Assembly (NCBI GenBank): GCA_965219995.1
Contig: CBDCOX010000002.1
Location: 2,880,001-2,944,000 of the forward strand
From: Candidatus Latescibacterota bacterium
GTDB taxonomy: Bacteria > Latescibacterota > UBA2968 > GCA-2709665
Length of the DNA: 64,000 nt
Direction: 5' to 3'
The notes under the pieces are model-generated. The model saw only the letters and a program-made list of their open reading frames with translations. It searched no databases and was not told where the DNA came from. The number at the start of each line of letters is the position of its first letter. Position 1 is the stretch's first letter. Below, piece after piece: positions 61,247-64,000 of this stretch. The translations under genes were made by a program, and so were the position numbers.

Positions 61247-62083
61247 ATGAACGCCAGATCTTCGGACGGCAACGCGGACATCTATCTGCGCGACATCCGA
61301 AAATTCACGCCGTTGAGCAAAGAAGACGAAGCGGACGTGATTGCTGACGCCCAGAAGGGCAACCGCAGAGCCCTCGACCGTCTCATCACCGCCAATCTGC
61401 GATTTGTCGTCCGAATCGCCCGGGAATACAGCGGACGGGGACTTCCCCTGTCGGACCTGATCGCCGAGGGAAACCTGGGTCTGATCCGAGCCACACGGAC
61501 ATTCGATCTGGCGCGCGGGCATAAATTCATCACCTATGCGGTCTGGTGGATTCGTCAGGCTATCCTGTCGGCGCTCAACAAATATTCCCATCCGGTTGTG
61601 TTTCCGGTGAATCAGATCGACGACCTCGACGTTATCAACAGGACAAAGAACGCCCTCTCGCAATCGTTGGGCCGGATTCCCGATCTGGGCGAGCTTGTCG
61701 AGAAGACCGGAATGCCGCTCCGAAGGCTGCGCCGCGCCCTCGAGGCCAACCGCTCCACAGTATCGCTGGACAGCCCCACGCACGAAGGGTCTTCCGGCGT
61801 ATACGCGGACACGCTTCCAGCCCAGGACTCCCGCCCTGACGAACAGTTCGAGGATGCCCGGATCAAGAAGCTGCTGAAGGAATGCCTGAATCGGTTGCCG
61901 CGACGGGAAGCGCGGATACTGAGTCTTTACTTCGGTCTGGATTCCGATAAACCCGAGCCCCTCGAACGGATTGGCAAACGCCTGCAGATCAGCAGGGAAC
62001 GCGTCCGGCAACTGAAAGACAGGGCGCTCAACAGGCTCCGACTCAACTTTGTGCAGGAAAACATGATCTCGCAGACAGAATGA
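61247..62083 (+). CDS. RpoD/RpoS-type sigma70 factor lacking region 1.1
   Basis: YLRDI, ANLRFVV, DLIAEGNLGL, KFITYAVWWIRQAI, SRERVRQ. Confidence 0.9.
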   Translation: MNARSSDGNADIYLRDIRKFTPLSKEDEADVIADAQKGNRRALDRLITANLRFVVRIAREYSGRGLPLSDLIAEGNLGLIRATRTFDLARGHKFITYAVWWIRQAILSALNKYSHPVVFPVNQIDDLDVINRTKNALSQSLGRIPDLGELVEKTGMPLRRLRRALEANRSTVSLDSPTHEGSSGVYADTLPAQDSRPDEQFEDARIKKLLKECLNRLPRREARILSLYFGLDSDKPEPLERIGKRLQISRERVRQLKDRALNRLRLNFVQENMISQTE

Positions 62084-62086
62084 GAC

Positions 62087-62143
62087 AACAGATGAATAAA
62101 AAAAGGGCGGCCGCTCAGGCCGCCCTTTTTTTGTTCATCTGTT
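62087..62143. terminator. Bidirectional intrinsic terminator
   Basis: AACAGATGAATA7-GGGCGGCC-gctca-GGCCGCCC-T7GTTCATCTGTT between convergent genes. Confidence 0.9.
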
Positions 62144-62149
62144 ACCCGC

Positions 62150-63349
62150 TTACTGCCCCGAAAAACCAGCCGGTTTCTTGATCATCTGCTGTTTCAACAA
62201 CTGCATTTCCCGTTGTAGCCGAAGAAATTCGCGATACAACGCCTGGTTGCCCTGCTGAAACGACAATTGCGAAGTTCCCGAATACGGTTCAAAGCCAACC
62301 GGCGGAAAATCTGCTGACTCGGTCGAGAGTTCACCCACCTCGACACGGGGCGTGTCCGGTTGTTCCCCTCGTTTGATTTTCATCCGCACTTCGGTTCCCG
62401 GAGTGGTGGACAGAACCAGGCTTTGCAGATGCTCGGCGCTTTCCACCTGCTGCTCCTGGAACGACATAATCAGGTCCCCCCGAACGATCCCTCGTCTCGC
62501 CGCAGGGCCGTCCGGCGCAATGTTGACCACGCGCACGCCCTGAAATTCGGGGTCGTATTCCCCGGTTACGCCCAGCCATCCGTATACTGTCTGTGAACCA
62601 CTCAGAAGGCGCTGGGCGATACGAATCGCACGGTTGATCGGCACCACGAATACCGTAGTTGGAATCTCCTGTGCCATTCGGACATCTGTAGCCCCTTCGG
62701 GAAGAATACCGGACCACGGATCGGGCGGTAACGCCCAAACCAGGCCCAGAATCTCCCCTGAACTGCAGAAAACCGGCGCGCCGCCAAAACTGAGCCGCAC
62801 CGGCGCCGCAACATGAATCAGGTCCTGCGAGCGGTCGACATTGTGAACGTAACCGAACGATGGTGTCAGACTCCCGAAACTATTGCCCAGAATGAACGCG
62901 TAGTGGCCAATGCGAACCCAGTCGGAATTCCCGACGGCAATCGGCTGCAGTCCTTCCGCTTCAACCCGGATAACAGCAACCTCCGAAACCGGATCCGATG
63001 CCACGAAACGGGCCCGAAGACGACGCCCGGTACTCAGGGTTACCCAGATTTCCTCGGCGTCTTTCACAGCACGATGGACCGTTATGATGTTGCCCCTGGA
63101 ATCCAGAATGAATCCGGTGCCATGCATGAATCCCTTGCCGTACTGCAGCCCTTCCACCACCCCCATCTGGGTATAGCTGGTGTGTATGCGCACGACCCCC
63201 GCCCGGTTCTTATCCAGAATCTCGGCTCTCTCTTCTTCAATTCCCTTGAGCACGCTGCCGGCGCCGCTGGCCGTTGATCCCGGCCCGGCCAAAAGGAACC
63301 CCGCCATAATGGGTACCACCCACAGGGGTCTGCGCAGATTCGTTTTCAT
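62150..63349 (-). CDS. HtrA/S1C trypsin-like + PDZ protein with degenerate catalytic triad
   Basis: GTGFILD, GNSDWVRIG, GWLGV, DGPAARRG..RGDLI; triad positions substituted. Confidence 0.8.
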   Translation of the reverse strand: MKTNLRRPLWVVPIMAGFLLAGPGSTASGAGSVLKGIEEERAEILDKNRAGVVRIHTSYTQMGVVEGLQYGKGFMHGTGFILDSRGNIITVHRAVKDAEEIWVTLSTGRRLRARFVASDPVSEVAVIRVEAEGLQPIAVGNSDWVRIGHYAFILGNSFGSLTPSFGYVHNVDRSQDLIHVAAPVRLSFGGAPVFCSSGEILGLVWALPPDPWSGILPEGATDVRMAQEIPTTVFVVPINRAIRIAQRLLSGSQTVYGWLGVTGEYDPEFQGVRVVNIAPDGPAARRGIVRGDLIMSFQEQQVESAEHLQSLVLSTTPGTEVRMKIKRGEQPDTPRVEVGELSTESADFPPVGFEPYSGTSQLSFQQGNQALYREFLRLQREMQLLKQQMIKKPAGFSGQ

Positions 63350-63381
63350 TGTCCGTATCGACTTTCTCTCCCTGAGATTCA

Positions 63382-63984
63382 CTAAAAGGACACCCGGCGT
63401 ACATTTGCCAGGTGCCGACCCGGCCGCGGGCGCACCAATGACGCGGCCTTTACGGAATCGGACCGGCCGGCCCGGTAAACCTGCCCCGAAGCCGGAACGG
63501 ATGTTTTCTGAGGAAGCATTTTCAGGGCGCCACGCCTGTCTTCTACGGGAAACGGCGAAAAGGCGGGCGCGACGAGCGTCATCTGATGGACACGATCCGC
63601 GTTGGCGCCGCGTGTTTCCGGAGCCTCGTCGAGCGCCGTGGTCATTCCCAGCGCCATCAGCACAACGGCCGCGGCCGATGCAAGCGCCCTTGGTATGGTC
63701 GGAAAGAATACGTCGGGCAGTCTGTTCCAGAACGAAGGCTTTTGTGCCGCCTCCATCATCAGACGGCTCCGAAGCGCAAAATCGAAGCCTGCGGAAGGCC
63801 TTTCACGCGACATCCGGGCCAGCCGCCGGGTCAGGTTCCTGACACCTTCCAGCGAATTTGCGCAGGCAGCGCACGCTTGCGCATGGCTTTCCATCTGCGC
63901 CCGCTTTGTACCTGCGACCTCGTTTTCGAGATAATCCGATAATCGGGCCGCAAACTCGCCGCAAGTGATGTGACCCTCACCCAT
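63382..63984 (-). CDS. zf-HC2 transmembrane anti-sigma factor
   Basis: CGEF..LSDY, HAQACAAC (HxxxCxxC), central TM helix; ATG after GGAGG. Confidence 0.8.
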   Translation of the reverse strand: MGEGHITCGEFAARLSDYLENEVAGTKRAQMESHAQACAACANSLEGVRNLTRRLARMSRERPSAGFDFALRSRLMMEAAQKPSFWNRLPDVFFPTIPRALASAAAVVLMALGMTTALDEAPETRGANADRVHQMTLVAPAFSPFPVEDRRGALKMLPQKTSVPASGQVYRAGRSDSVKAASLVRPRPGRHLANVRRVSF

Positions 63985-64000
63985 GTTCTTCCTCCAATAT

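Noticed and set aside
1-64000. tRNA, rRNA, prophage or integrase
   Set aside because: No such signatures recognised by eye; tRNAscan/Infernal would be needed to exclude small RNAs

Overview
GC-rich bacterial chromosomal window of mostly accessory genes. The gene repertoire (WD40/LRR/dockerin-like, MORN and ankyrin proteins, an FlgD-Ig/'PNPFNP' C-terminal domain, paralogous MacB-like permeases) suggests an FCB-superphylum organism, such as a Latescibacterota- or Gemmatimonadota-like, possibly sponge-associated lineage; this is inference only. Left part (1-32 kb): secreted repeat proteins, a toxin-first VapC/Phd pair, phytase, NhaC-family transporter, helicase IV-like protein, sialidase-like protein, ankyrin, Uma2, two ABC permeases, VOC, GNAT, a divergent UvrA and a nucleotidyltransferase, with intergenic mosaics of REP/MITE-like repeats. 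Middle (32-55 kb): a phosphate/metal-scavenging neighbourhood. It contains an alkaline phosphatase/5'-nucleotidase fusion and a CxxC+RAPP leader peptide upstream of a triple-repeat His-motif lipoprotein and a ZnuD-like TonB receptor. It also contains a ~7.7 kb zinc module (Fur/Zur, COG0523, WD40, Zrg-like ABC, His-rich lipoprotein, YceI-DUF3299) bracketed by a diverged ~130 bp duplication of the yidD/lgt junction. Right part: lgt, DUF169, Cld/HemQ-family protein, orphan AAA ATPase, AICAR transformylase, an intact IS630 inserted in its stop codon, a sigma70 factor, an apparently catalytically dead HtrA and a zf-HC2 anti-sigma factor. No rRNA, tRNA or CRISPR was seen. Several single-base frameshifts may be real or assembly errors.
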